Shown: positions 11,883 to 24,968 of the stretch, one piece after another
How the letters are laid out: each line of letters opens with the position of its first letter
Position numbering within the stretch: position 1 is the stretch's first letter
Assembly (NCBI GenBank): GCA_024137785.1
Contig: JAHRHZ010000080.1
Span: forward strand, 21,262,504 to 21,326,503
Length of the DNA stretch: 64,000 nucleotides
Direction of reading: 5' to 3'
Source: Ginglymostoma cirratum
Lineage: Eukaryota
The notes under the pieces: model-generated
The model's database searches: none
The model's input: the letters and a program-made list of their open reading frames with translations, nothing else
What the model was told of the DNA's origin: nothing
Position numbers and translations under genes: made by a program

Positions 11883-12293
11883 GTGAGGCTGAGGGATCCG
11901 GGAGGGAGATGTCGAGTTGGGTCGGGGCGGATGGAGACAGCTATTGAATAGGATTGCGGTCCCGACGGCATTGGTGCTGCCTGTCGAAAGGCGCCCCATA
12001 CTGACAGACGGAGGGGAGGGGAGAGAGATAAGTAATCGGTTGAAGTGCGAGCTCCCGTCAGACCGGTCGGCCGATCGGGATGGGGCTGGAGACAAGCCGG
12101 CCGCCACCCCCCCCCACTCAACCCCCCCCACCCCGCAATCTCTGCAGCTGCTAACGTCCCTGGCTCGCGCCCGCGGTCACGGAGCGCGCTCCCTCGCAGA
12201 CCGCCAGGGAGCCGTTCGCGCGCCAGCGTCCTGTCACCCTTCTCCCACACCCCCTTCTTTAACCACACCCCCATCCGTGGCGACCTGTATCCT

Positions 12294-12371
12294 GGGCATC
12301 CCTGCGCCTGAAGGGGATGGCTCTGCGCCCAGGGGCATTCCTGCGCCTGAAGGGGGTGGCTCTGCGCCCAG
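12294..12371. repeat. 39-bp tandem duplication
   Basis: gggcatYcctgcgcctgaaggggRtggctctgcgcccag twice (12294-12332, 12333-12371). Confidence 0.85.
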
Positions 12372-15300
12372 GGGTTCCATGTCGGAGGGTGGCCTGTGCC
12401 TGGATAAGCAGTTATGCCTGGAAAGGCATCTCTGTGTCTGAGAAGCGCTGTGCCTGGAAGGCTTTTTTGGATCCACCTGGTCCATGTCAATTTTGTACAT
12501 GTGTAGCCTCCCATAGGAAATAAACTATGCTATCTTGCCAGCAACAAAACTGCGAGTCCTGGAAATCTGAAACAAAAACAGAAGTTGCCGGAGAAACTCG
12601 GCAGGTCTAGCAGCATCTGTGGAGAGAAAGCAAAATCAACACTTTGGGCCCATTGACCCTTCTTCAGAACTGAGCTGGAGATATTTAACTATGTTAAATG
12701 AGTGACTTAATTTGTCTACGTTTGTGGCTTGTAGCTGGAATATGCATTTAAATCTGTCCCCTGCAGCCAGGGGGTATGTGTGGTTTTCAGTGGTGTAGCA
12801 GTATATTCCAGCTGCAAGATGTGATGGTGCATCTTTGTATGACTCATGCAGTTTTGCGCAGTAACTGTTACTTCAAATTAATTAGCGCTCATTCTGATTT
12901 AACATAATCTGATCTCATCTTAAATCATAACTGAGTGTTGATCAAGGAAGTTGTCAGTTGAAGGAATTACAGTTTAAATAAAATATGATTAAAGTGCAAT
13001 AAATGTTTTGTTGCTTTTTGGTTAAAAGACTTATTACAATGAAGTAGGAGGTGAAAAAGATGTCACTTTGTAATTTGAGGAGGATGGAATTGGCTTGGAA
13101 TAAATGCAGTTGCAGCCTGTGTAGCATATGGCTTTACATTTGTACTTGTATAGTCTTTCTACAAAGGCAAATTGAAATTTCTCATAGTTAGAATATTGTT
13201 TGACAAATTAAAAATGGACTTTGGCATGTTGTTGTCTTTCAAGGATCCACTTTGTGTGCATGAAGAAATTTTTCTTTTGAAGATAAAGTACTGTAATCTT
13301 CAAGATTTATGCTAAGACTCATTCAATCATGTCTTCGAATGTACAAGAAAAACTTTTTCTGAAACCCCTTGGAAAATGTAGCCCAATACTTAAAAAGGAT
13401 AAGGATGCTGTTAGCTGACATTTGGAAAAGTATAATTTGTAATTATTATAGACTGCCCCCAGTAACAGTCAAACACAAAGATTTTTGACCTTCCAACTGC
13501 AGGTAGTTTCTGAAGAGAAGGTTTTCAGTGTACCGAGACACAAGAAATGATCACTTTGATTGAATTAACAGTTTGTATTTATATAATGTCTTCAATACGG
13601 TAAAACATATCCATACACATCACAGGTGTGTCAAACATAATGTGACACCAGCCGCGACAGGAGATTATCAAACATTTGATATATAGGTTTTAAGGAGTTG
13701 TTTCCACCAGTCATTTAGATGACAAGAGGATAAATTTTTGGTACTTGCAAAAATAAATTGAAAGGAAAGTTTTTCTTTACAGAAAGATCTTGGGACAGGT
13801 TGGTTAATGGCAGAGTAGACCACATATAAGCATATGCCAAGTTTTATTGAAGTGGAATCAAGTGGAAAATTAGGAATAGTGAATTATGTGAAGGTGAGCA
13901 GGAAAGAAATCTTTGTGGTAACTGTGGAGGTGAACGTGCAGGTAATCTGTGCTAGCTGCTATAATCTATGGTTCAAAGTTATCCTAAGCAGACACTGTTG
14001 AATGTTCTAAGTCTTTCATCTTGTACAAATTAAGTTACTGTCTTTGAGACTAATGGTTTGAAAGAAAATGTATCAAATGTGCCCCGTTCAAAGTTGACTA
14101 GGTGCATGTCGTAGCAACAGTGTACCAAAGATAATGCTTAATGTTGTATTGCCATTTAGAATGTGTTGCTGTTATTCCCAGGGTTTGTCAGAAAAGTCAT
14201 GAGAAAGTAAAGTCTTAAAGGCTTGCATCTTGTTCGTTTGAATTAGTGCCTTTTACATTGATGTTGCAGGGTCCTGGGAAAATTGTGTTTAAGGAATGAT
14301 TGGCAGCTCTTAAATTCTCTCCCTCAACTGGAAGTTCTAACCTTTTTAAGATGAATTGGTATATTCCTGGTGATTATTAGATTTATTGGTGGGTGACAGG
14401 AAGAGAAAATTTTTTTCACTGAATGAAAGATTGATGTTGCGTAAGGAAAAGTTGGACAGGCTAGGCTTCAATATGGTGGATTTTAGAAGAGTAAGAAGTA
14501 ACGATGGAAACATACAAGATCTTGAGGAATCTTGATAGAAGGTGTGGAGAGGATGTTTCCTGTTTTAGGAGAATGCAGAATTAGGGATCACTGTTTAAAA
14601 TCGTGGGTCGCCTATGTAGAACAAAATGAATCTTTCATATAAAGCCTCTGACTTATTTGTTAAAAACAACAGTTTACAGCAGCTGGTAGAAGAAAATAAC
14701 TAGCGTTCTTAAACTTCAGATATTTTTACCATTGAAGGAGAAGGACACTATTTTTCCTCCTCGAGGTCTGAAGGCAGTAACTGCTTTGTTCACCCACAAC
14801 CTGATCAGCTACCCAGGAACCAATTAGAGAGTTGTCTTCAGACAGATCACCTTTCATATCCATTGCTGGTCATGATTGCTTGAGCTAATCAGTCACTTAT
14901 TGCCAGTCAAATCTCACTTTGTCACGCTCTGGTGTTGTGCTCTCTTCTTACATTGAAAATGTGACTTAGTGAGTTTCAGCAACTTTTTAAAAGTGCAGCA
15001 GTTTCTTCCTCAGTCATATTCTGTAAGACTTGTCCTAATGCAATCCACGATTAAAAACAAAATAAAAGGATGCAGCCGTTACACTGCATAGTATATCTGT
15101 ATTTGTAAATTGGAGGTGAGAGATTGTCTTAGGCTTTACTGAAGATATCGTATTATGTTTAAATTCTAGAGGATGACTATTGCTGAATGTACTACTTGCA
15201 TGAGTTTGCATGGTATAATCGTTGTTGCTGCTGTTGTAATGTGGGATTGCTGGTACACATCATTTATTCACAATATGAGATTGATTCGGGGATTATGTTG

Positions 15301-15684
15301 CTGAGACTTGTATGTGCTTCTTGCAGACACTGTGGAGACATATCACCAAGCTTAATTTAAGATTCTGGGGGACTTGTAAATGTGCATGTTTTAATTGGAG
15401 ACCATGTATGGCACTCCAATAAAGTATATACAACAATTCCAAGGTTCAGACTAGTTGCTATTGTGATTCTGGTACCAGTGTTAGATGTCAGTGTATGTTT
15501 GGTTTCAATTAGATATGGATGAAAGGGAAAAAAAAACTCATATCTACCCCAACATTCACAAGCTTAGGACTTCTCAATGTAGTACAATGAAGTATTTTGA
15601 AATTCAAGTAACTGTTTGTCCGTATTAAGCTTCTATAAACAGAATTCAGTAATGATTAGATCAATATCAAAGCTAGATCAGTTA

Positions 15685-16720
15685 TGGAGTCATACAGGTA
15701 CGCAGCATGGAAACTGACCCTTTAGTCCAACTCATCCATACTGATCAGATATCCTACATAAATCTAGTCCCATTTGCCAGCGTTTGGTCCATATCCCTCT
15801 AAGCCCTTCCTATTCAAATAGCCATCCAGATGCCTTTTAAATGTTGTAATCGTACCAGCCTCTACCACCTCCTCTGGCAGCTCATTCCACACATGCACAC
15901 CCTCTGTGTGAAAAAGTTGCCTTTCGAGTCCCTTTTATATCTTTCCCCTCTCACCTTAAACCTATGCCCTCTATTTTTGGACCCCCCCCCCCCGGGGAAA
16001 AGACCTTGCCTATTCACCGTCTCCATGCCCCTCATGATTTTATAAACCTCTATAAGGTCACCCCTTAGCCTCCGATGTTCCAGGGAAAATTGCCCCAGCC
16101 AAAATTGCCCCAGCCTATTCAATCTCTCCCTATAGGTCAAACCCTTCAATCCTGGCAACATCATTGTAATTATTTTCTGAACATTTTGTAATGTCACAAC
16201 ATCCTTCCTATAGGAGGGAGATCAGAATTGCATGCAAAACTCCAGAAGTGGCCAAACCAATGTCCTGTACACCGGCAACATGACCTCCCAATTCCTATAC
16301 TGAATGCACCGTCCAATAAAGGCAGGCACACCAAACACCGCTTTTGCTATTCTGTCTACCTGTGACTCCATTTTCAAGGAATTATGAACCTGAACTCCAA
16401 GGTCTCTTTGTTCAGCAACACTCCCCAGGATCTTACCATTAAGTGTACATGTCCTGCCATGATTTGCCGTTCCAGAATGCAGCCCCTCACGTTTATCTAA
16501 ATTAAACTCCATCTGTCACTCCTCACACCATTGCCCGTCTGTTCAAGATTCCATTGTATTCTGAGATAACCGCCTTCCCTGTCCACAAGACCATCGATTT
16601 TGGTGTCATCTACAAACTTACTAACCACACCTCCTATGTTCAGACCCAAATCATTTATATAAATGACAAAAAGCAGTGGACCTAGCAACAATCCTTGTGG
16701 CACGCTGCTGGTCACAGGCC
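15685..16720 (-). mobile_element. CR1 LINE 3' part (RT C-terminus plus tail)
   Basis: TSSVPQGLLLGPLLFVIYINDL...KFVDDTKI; YRTLVWPLLEFCMQF; RRLRGDLIEVYKIMRG, all frameshifted. Confidence 0.9.
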
Positions 16721-18893
16721 TTGTTAAATTTAAATCTAACTTGAGTTCGGAGATGCGGTAACCAGATGCAAATGACCTCGCCAGTCTGTGGAATGCATGT
16801 TTAGGGTGATGGACGTCAAAGTATCAGTTTACTTTCTAGATATTTTCTAATTGGCCTGTTCAGAAATGTTTTTCATTACATGCCTCTGGAGCAAGTGAGA
16901 CTTGAACCTGGGTATCCTGGCTCAGGCATAGGGATGCTTTCAGTATACCGCAAGAGCCCTAGAGTTTTGTTGCTAATTTATGCCTGTTGTCTTGTCCAAA
17001 AATAAATGCTTTCTTTGTGTGTTGTGGATTTAAGTTCCATGGATTCTAGTTCTTCTGTGTAACTCTGTTCCTGAAATGGAGGCAATGTTATGACATGACT
17101 GCATAACCGAATGAAGGACTTGTTGAGGGTGAAAGATGACCTTATGAAAGCTAGAAAGTAACCCTGAAAATCAGAAAGTAGACCTTGAAGAAATATCAAG
17201 AGCAGTCATGGGAATGGTGACATAATTATTTTCATCCCTGGTGCTGTAGAATATCTTACATGCACCTGAGATGGCACTATCAGTCTCATCAGTAAAACAG
17301 TAGCTCTGACAGTCGTTGCACCTTCAGTATTGCAGCCCAGCCTTAGTTTTGTGCTGAAGCTGTGGAATGGGGCTTGAATCCTTCTGTGGCAGAGGTGGGA
17401 GTACAGCCATCTGAGCCATAGCTTATATCTGTGTGCTAGACATTGTAGGGAAGAAGGTTGTGAGAACTTAATTGTGTTGAATAATGTTTCTGTATTGCTG
17501 TAATGGTATAAATTATTCCTTCCATACACTGAGTACTTTAATCCTTTATTAGCCCTTTGGAAAATGGGATCTAGCATACTTAGACTAGGGAGATTTAGTC
17601 AAGGTCTGTGTACTTTCCCCAGTCCAATATTATGAAAAGTTTTTTAGTACAGCATAATGTATGGTATTTTGAAATTATTTTCCTACATGAGACTCATGCT
17701 GTTGACCATTAGGCAAGAAGCGAGTTTGAGATTACTCTTAGAGGTTCTAACTCATAATTTTGCTTTTGTTATATTAAACTGAATTAGTCACGAGCAATTT
17801 TGACTGTGTCTATTTGAATTTGAGAAAAACATCCAGCAGGAAAATTGCAGGTTGTGAACCTCCAAATGTTGGTTGTGTCTGGTTATTATTGATAATTATA
17901 AGTAAATCACTATCGGTGGGCACAATTTGAACTGAGGGGTTGGAAGTAGCTGAAAGAATACTGGTACAACTGCAAATGTTTTGGCTGACGTACACATTTT
18001 CCTGTGTATTTTCAGTGTAGTAAACAATCCTGAAGACTATTGTATATTGTGTTCTCATAGTTTAGAGCACAGTTGTCTTCAGATTATATTAAATAATTGG
18101 CTTTTCTCTTTGGGTAGTTGATGTTTATGTTGTAATTTAGTGATAGATGGTATTATTGTGTGCAGTTTTAAGTATGAATTCTTTTTGTCCCAGCAGCAAC
18201 AATTTTATTATTCCAGTGTAGACGTAAACATTTGGTTTCTACCTATTCTGGTTCTTCCATACACTCTTTAGGTGAATGGAGATGGATAAGCACTAAAGTG
18301 AAACAGAAAGATTTACAAGGAAGGTGTTGGAACTAGGAACATATTTATCAGAACAGGCTGAGTGGGATTTTTTTTCTATCAAAGAAAAGACTGAGGTGAT
18401 CTGATAAGACCTTCTGGAGGCTAGACTTACAGAAGCTGTTTCCACTTGTTGGGTGCCCATATCTGCAGGATGTAAGTATTTTAAAAGAAAAGTTATTAAT
18501 GAATCCAATATAAAGTTGAGGTGCAGAACATCTTCATGGAGAGAATAATAAGAATGTAGAAGTTGTGACCAAATGGATTGGTCTAGTGCAAATGGAATAG
18601 GTGCAATGAATGTGAAGCTAGATGTGTACTGAGGAAGAACAGAGCAGAAAGATATATTGATAGGACACTTCTGTTGAGCATAAGCACTAACATAATCTAC
18701 CAGTTGAAATAGGTGGCTTGTTCCTTGGAGGTAAATTTCTATCTGTGTACTGTGCTTTGTTTTAAAATTAAAAAAAAATCTACATTTATTGTCCTGTTAC
18801 TTTTTTTCAGCATTTTAGTTTTCAGGTTATGGTTCTTACTTTTTGTGCTAATTAAACATTTCCCTAAATGAACAAAGCTAATCTGAACTCTAG

Positions 18894-19157
18894 AGATAAC
18901 AAGGTGTAGAGCTGGATGACACAGCAGGCCAAGCAGCATCAGAGGAGCAGGAAGGCCGACGTTTCGGGCCTAGACCCTTCTTCACAAATATCAGAGGAGC
19001 AGGAAGGCCGATGTTTCGGGCCTAGACCCTTCTAAGAAGGGTCTAGGCCCGAAACGTCGGCATTCCTGCTCATCTGATGCTGCTTGGCCTACTGTGTTCA
19101 CCCAGCTCTACACCTTGTTATCTCAGATTCTCCAGCATCTGCAGTTCCTACTATCTG
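18894..19157. mobile_element. Fold-back Penelope pLTR insertion with internal duplication and 15-bp TSD
   Basis: Arms gataacaaggtgtagagctgg...ctagacccttct / agaagggtctag...ctctacaccttgttatc; TSD taatctgaaYtctag at 18879-18893 and 19158-19172. Confidence 0.85.
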
Positions 19158-19287
19158 TAATCTGAATTCTAGTTGTTTGCTGCAAGTCTTTTGGCCAATT
19201 GGTGTCCAGAACAGTGTTTGTGGTCAGTTGATAGTACACTCATCTCTAAGTCGTACGGATGTGGGTCGAAGTTCCATTGTGAATTTT

Positions 19288-19532
19288 GGGGCAGCACAGT
19301 GGCTCATTGTTTAGCACTGCTGCCTCACAGCACCAGGGACCTGGGTTTGATTCCAGCCCTGGGTGACAGTCTGTGTCGAGCTTGCCCATTCTCTCTGTGT
19401 CTACGTGGGTTTCCTCCCATAGCCCAAGATGTGCAGACTAGGTGGGTTGGCCATGGTAAATGCAGAATTATAAGGATAGGGTGGGGGTCTGGGTGGAATG
19501 GCCACTTGCTACACTGTAGGGACTCTATGATT
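19288..19532 (+). mobile_element. HE1-like V-SINE
   Basis: gggcagcacagtggctcattgtttagcactgctgcctcacagcaccagggacctgggtttgattcc (A/B boxes) plus V-domain. Confidence 0.85.
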
Positions 19533-19669
19533 TAAAGTGTTAAAAATATGACAGTGCAGTGAATGTGTAAAATTTCAAGGCACTATTTTGATGAGGAGTG
19601 AATGTATTCTTCCTATTGTTCTGGCTGATATTTTCCCTCAACCGATGTCTGTAAATCATTAAAAGCTGG

Positions 19670-20310
19670 TGTCCAAATTCAGTGGGCGATAGTGAAGGTA
19701 AATAGAATGTTGGCTTTTATTTCAAACAGAATGGAGTATAAATGTAAGGAGGTTTTGCTAAAATTATAGAAGGCCCTAATTGGACAGCAGCTAGAATATT
19801 GTAAACAGTTTTGGGCCCTTATCTAAGGAAAGGTACACTGGCATTGGAGGCAGTCCAGAGAATGTTCGCTCAACTGATACTAGGTATGGAGGGACTGTCT
19901 TAGGAGGAGAGGTTGAATAGATTGGGCTGTGCTTTTTTTTGAATATAAAGTACGGGGTGAGGAAGAAAGGACCTTATTGAAACTCTCAATATTTTTAGGG
20001 TATTTGACAAACTAAACAGGGAAAGATTGTTCCCCCTTGTGGAGAAGTCTGGAACCAGAGGGCGTGATCTCAGAATAAGGATCACACATGTAATACCCTG
20101 GAATGAAGAGGATTCAAGTATGTTGAGGGCTGACGTGGACAGATTTTTAATCAGGAAGGGAATCAAGGGTTATCGGGGAGGGGGTGTGTGGTTGGGGGGC
20201 AAGCAGGAAAGTGGAGTTAAGGGTTATTAGATCAGCCATGATCTCAATGGAAGGGGGAACAGACTTGAAGGGTTGAATGGCCTACTTCTGCTCTTGCATC
20301 TTATCGTCTT
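19670..20310 (+). mobile_element. CR1 LINE 3' fragment
   Basis: FPLVEKSGTRG; tail gatcagccatgatctc...gaatggcctacttctgctc. Confidence 0.75.
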
Positions 20311-22599
20311 ATCATTTAAAAAAAAGTTGATTTGGTTATTACCATACCTTATGGTAGCCAGCAGTGTGCAAATTTGCTCCTGGATTTCTACACTAAAACA
20401 GGAACTACACCTCAAAAAGTACTTCATTGATTGCGGAGTGCTTTAGGGCATCCCAAGGCTGTAAAAAGTAGCGTACTCCTTTCTTGCTCATAGTTGACAC
20501 TGTTAATCTGATTTTCAGATACACACAGCCTTTCCAACTGTTATTTACAGTTGAAAGTTAGTCATCACTTGAGTTGTGAGAAAATGATCTTGAACAAATG
20601 CATAGTAGCATATGAGTATACCTCCCATCAGTGAGAGCTTTAAATTGTTCCCTTTATGAAACGTAAGCAACTTGCTGTCTTCAGACCAGATAGAGAATTG
20701 AGTCTTGATCTATGATTTTGTTTCCAGAAGGGTTTTTGATTAAAAAATTCTAAATAAGTTCCTTTAACATTGATTCTGTAGAGAAGGCGTTACATTTTCA
20801 GGATTTTTCTCCTCTAGTGCTAAAATTTGTTTGTGTTTAGAGTTTTCTCTGTCAGTTTGCTCTCCTTCCTGTCTGGAATGCTTTGACTCTTGTCATGGCA
20901 CAGATCCATTAGTTAATTTGCACCTGATGGCAACCCTCAGCAAACATAATCCTTTGGGTCTAGACTGTGAATGTTGACCATTTATTTTACTATGGGATGA
21001 ATGGAACTCTGCCGGTACACTAGCATTCTTGTTTCAGTGTTATGGCATTAAATCTAGCCTTGAAAGATGTCTCCTGTTTACTGGCTCCATCACTGAATGG
21101 TTAAAAATTGACAAGTTGTTGAATATCCCACTTTCGGAAAGAAACTGAAGCAATGTCATTATATATTCTAAATAAATGATATGCCAAATTTGTGACTGTA
21201 GAAAAGATGGCACAAGATATTTTTGCCTAAACACTTTACGCAGAGTTTTGTTCCCACAAATTTAAAATGGCTATTTTCCAAAAAAACATTAATATAGGTT
21301 AACAATTGTAATTGCAAATCTACTTTGGCATTTCCTCCTGAGCTCTGAAGTGTGCAGTGATCTAAAACTTGGGAATTTCTTTGCTCATGGGACATTTTGC
21401 TCGTTCTGAGGTGCCCATGAGAAGCATGCGGTGAACTGCTTCGGTCCATGGGGTGACGTTTTTGAAGGTCATTGTTGAAGCAGCTGAAATGATTGCACCT
21501 AGGACACAGTCTTGCACAACTCCTGCAATGATGCTCTTGTCCTGAGATTATTGACTTTCAACTACAGCCATCTTTCTTTGTGCTAGGTGTAACTCTAACT
21601 AGCAGGGAGCTTTCCCTTTCATTCCCATTGACTTTTTTTGTCAGGGCTCCTTGTTGGTATATTTGGTTCAACTGCTGTCTTGATTTCAGGGGCAGTCACT
21701 ATCACCAAGCATTGTTCAGAGATGTATTGAATCAATAATTTATTGGATAGGTGGCAGTTACAACAGTCTGGTCAATTGATTCAGTGCAGAATTGCACTGT
21801 TAAGTTGAGGGAATATTCTCACTTACTTTCGCCCTAGCAATGTTCTAACCTTTGCCCTGCATCTGTTTATTCTCACTGTGGTGTATTCTGGCAGATACCG
21901 GCAGTCTTGATGTTGATGTCACTGGATGTCTAATTCAGAGGCCTAGGCTAATGCATTTGGAACATGAGTTCAAATCCCACCATGGCAGCTCGCAGGATTT
22001 AAAATTCATTAGTAAATCTGGAAGTGAAAGCTGATCTCCATAATGGTGACTGTGAAACTAAAATTCACTTATTGTAAAAGAAAACCATCTGGTTCACTCA
22101 TACCCTGTAGGAAAAGAATTCTGCTGCCTTACCTTTTCAGACGTATACATGTGATTCCAGATCCTCAGTGATGTGTTTGACTCTTAATTGCTGTCTGAAA
22201 TGGCTAGCAAGTTGTACATTTGAGGGGTGATTAGACTGGGCAATAAATGCAGACCTTGCTGAGGATGCCTACATTTCAAGATCCAGTAAAGAATTTCAGA
22301 TGCCTGTCAAACCAGTAATGTTGCCCAACTGTTTAGTTGGCAGGGCATCTCAGCCAAATGTGATCCTGTATACATGGGAGACTTTCTGCCTTTGATCAAA
22401 ACGCCAATCCAATTTATATGCTTTCCACTGGGGATTACTGATCAGGGATCTGGTTTGGAATTCCTAATGACATTTCCATTTATTGCCATGGACACAAGCA
22501 AATTTTGACATCTTTGGGTGTGAGCAGTTGACTCAGAAAAGGTATGGATTCTGGAACGTTTGACTGTCTGTGATACAGTACAACTCTGGGTAGTGCAGA

Positions 22600-22925
22600 A
22601 TTAAACTGAATGTGGAAAAATGTTTTTGAGAACCAGGATCTCAAACCCAAGACTTGGGTTATGGCTTACCAGGCAACAGTGATCCCTGCCCTCAATATTG
22701 TTTGGAAACTTGGACAACCTATTGCAGGCATTGGAGAAGAACCACACAAGCCTTCACAAGATCCTCCAAATCAAGTGGCAGACAACATGCCTAGCATTGA
22801 GGCACGAGTGACTCAAACCAGCTCCACTTGATGCATGTCATTCACATCCCTCACCGCAGACATCTGTATTCTGATTTATCCAAGAGGACAATGGGAAAAC
22901 TTTAGGAGCGACTTCATAGCATTTG
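22600..22925 (+). mobile_element. RTE/BovB-like LINE fragment
   Basis: VFENQDLKPKTWVMAYQATVIPAL resembles the RTE motif TKLxVYxAxVLPxLLY. Confidence 0.6.
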
Positions 22926-23579
22926 TGAGGGGATCCACATTGTGTCTTTCAGTTTTCAGATTATATGTTGGATTTATTAGTTATCAATAAACCATATCAA
23001 ATTGGGGTGGAAGCAACTCATCGTCAGTCTTGAGAGAGTAGTTCAGAAGAGAAGATGAAATTGGCTGGTAGGGTCACCTGGATGGTTGCAACTCCATTTG
23101 CCCACCTTTAATCCAGAATCCAGAACCCTTGGTACCCTTGCATAATAAAACTGCGTTCACCTCATTCTTAAGTGTCAAATCAGTACTCTCAGCCCTTCGG
23201 AAGAGTGCATTCTTAATTTCCGTAAGCAATTGTATAACTTTCATCATTGTTGGAAAAATTTCTGTGTAGTGCTGTGGTAAGCTGATGCAATTTTCCCATT
23301 TTCCCCATTTGAACTCTGAAAGACACCTAGCAACACAAGAATGCAACACGATTGTTCAACAAGCTACTTTCATGTTTTCCTACACAGCTTTAAACTGCAT
23401 AGTGTGGGTGTGAGTTCAGTTGCATGGAAAATTATAAAATCAAAAGTAGGGGAGAAGGTAGGATTGCTGGTTAGTGATGGGATTGATTGTTACCAGAAAA
23501 TATAAGGGAAGGCATTGCATGTGTGCATGTCATATTGCACCAAGGAACCATCGTAATGTAAGAAACTCTGTTTAGGAAG

Positions 23580-24968
23580 GGAGGGAGGCAGAAGACAAGA
23601 ATTTATAGGCTGATTAGCCTGACCTTGATTCCTGGTAAGATTTTAGAGTTCATTATTAAGGATGAGATAGCAGAGTACTTGGAAATGTATGGCAACGTAC
23701 AGCTGAGTCGGCATGGTTTCGTCACGATTCGGGAGAGGGGGTGCGGTGGTGTTCATGAATGACAAATCTATTAGAATACTTTGAGGAGGTAATAAGCAAG
23801 TTAGATAAGGAGAGCCAGCGGATGTGATCTGTTTGGATTTACAGAAGGCCTTTGACCAGGTGCTGCACCGGAGGCTGCTAAATAAGATAAGAGCCCATAG
23901 TGTTTGGATTGAGGAATGGATAGAGGATTGGCTGACTGGCAGAAGGCAGAGAGTGGGGATAAAGGAGTTTTTTTTAGGATGGTCGCCAGTGACTAGTGGA
24001 GTTCCGTGGGGGTCACTGTTGGGACCACAACTGTTCAAGTTATACCTTAATGATGTGGACTAAGGAACTAAGTGTGCAGATGACATAGAGAAGGGTGGAA
24101 GGGGCAGGTTGTGTTGAGGAGATGAGGAGGCAGGGAGGCTGCAGAAGGGCAGGCTAAGAGAGTGGGAAAAGTGGTGAAATACACTGGAGAAGTGTGAGGT
24201 TATGCACTTTGGTGGGAGGAAAAGAGGAATAGAGTTTTCTAAATGAGGAAAGGCTACAGAAATTTGAAGTACAAAGGGACATGGGAATCCTAATTCAGCA
24301 TTCTGTGACGGTTCAGATGCAGATTCAGTTGGCAGTTAGGAAGGCAAATGCAGTGTTAAGACTTGTTTCAAGAGGGCTAAAATACAAGAGCAAAGGTGCA
24401 CTGTTGATGTTGTATAATGCTCTGGTCAGACTACATTTGAAATATTGTGAGCAGTTTTGAGGCCTGGATACAAGGAAGGATGTGCTGGCTTTAGAAGGGA
24501 TCCAGACGAGGTTTACAAAAATGATCCTAGGAATGAACAGCTTGTCATATGGGGAGCGGATGAAGACTCTGGGTCTGTACTCAGTGGAGTTTAGAAGGAA
24601 AAGGGTGGGGGGGGGAATCTGATTGAAGCATACAAAATACTGAGGTGTCTGGATAGAGTGGACTTGGAGAAGATGTTTCCTCCACTAGGAGAGTAGAGGA
24701 CTTGAGGGTACAGCTGCGGGCTGAAGAGGTGACCCTTTAGAACTGAGATGAGTAACTTTTCCGGACAGAGAGTATCCAATGTATGGAACTCATGGCTACA
24801 GAAGGCTGTGGAGACCAAGTCATTGAATGTATTTAAGATAGGTTCTTGATTAGTGAGGGGATCAAAAGTTACGGGGAGAAGGCAGGAAAATGGGGGTGAG
24901 AAACATATCAGCTATGATTGAATGGCGGAGCAGATTTTATTTTGCACCTGTATATTATGGCCTATGGT
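23580..24968 (+). mobile_element. CR1 LINE RT region to 3' tail, degraded
   Basis: YRLISLT-like start; CLDLQKAFDQVLHRRLLNKI...WLTGRRQRV...SGVPWGSLLGPQLF. Confidence 0.9.

Larger units (their letters stand above)
10730..12400. promoter_or_regulatory. CpG island / bidirectional promoter shared by SENP8 and MYO9A
   Basis: Only non-transposon CpG-dense region of the window. Perfect NRF1 palindrome GCGCATGCGC 11764-11773; E2F-like TTGGCGCGAA 11600-11609; ETS core CGGAAG ~11814; GC box GGGGCGG ~11924; divergent splice donors at 11520 (-) and 11883 (+). Confidence 0.85.

Noticed and set aside
11552-12514. 320-aa ORF and other overlapping ORFs in the CpG island
   Set aside because: Pro/Arg/Gly/Ala-rich products expected from stop-poor GC-rich DNA; no recognisable domain.
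19288-19360. tRNA-like A/B-box sequence (also at 7310-7372 and ~32790)
   Set aside because: SINE heads followed by a V-domain, not tRNA genes.
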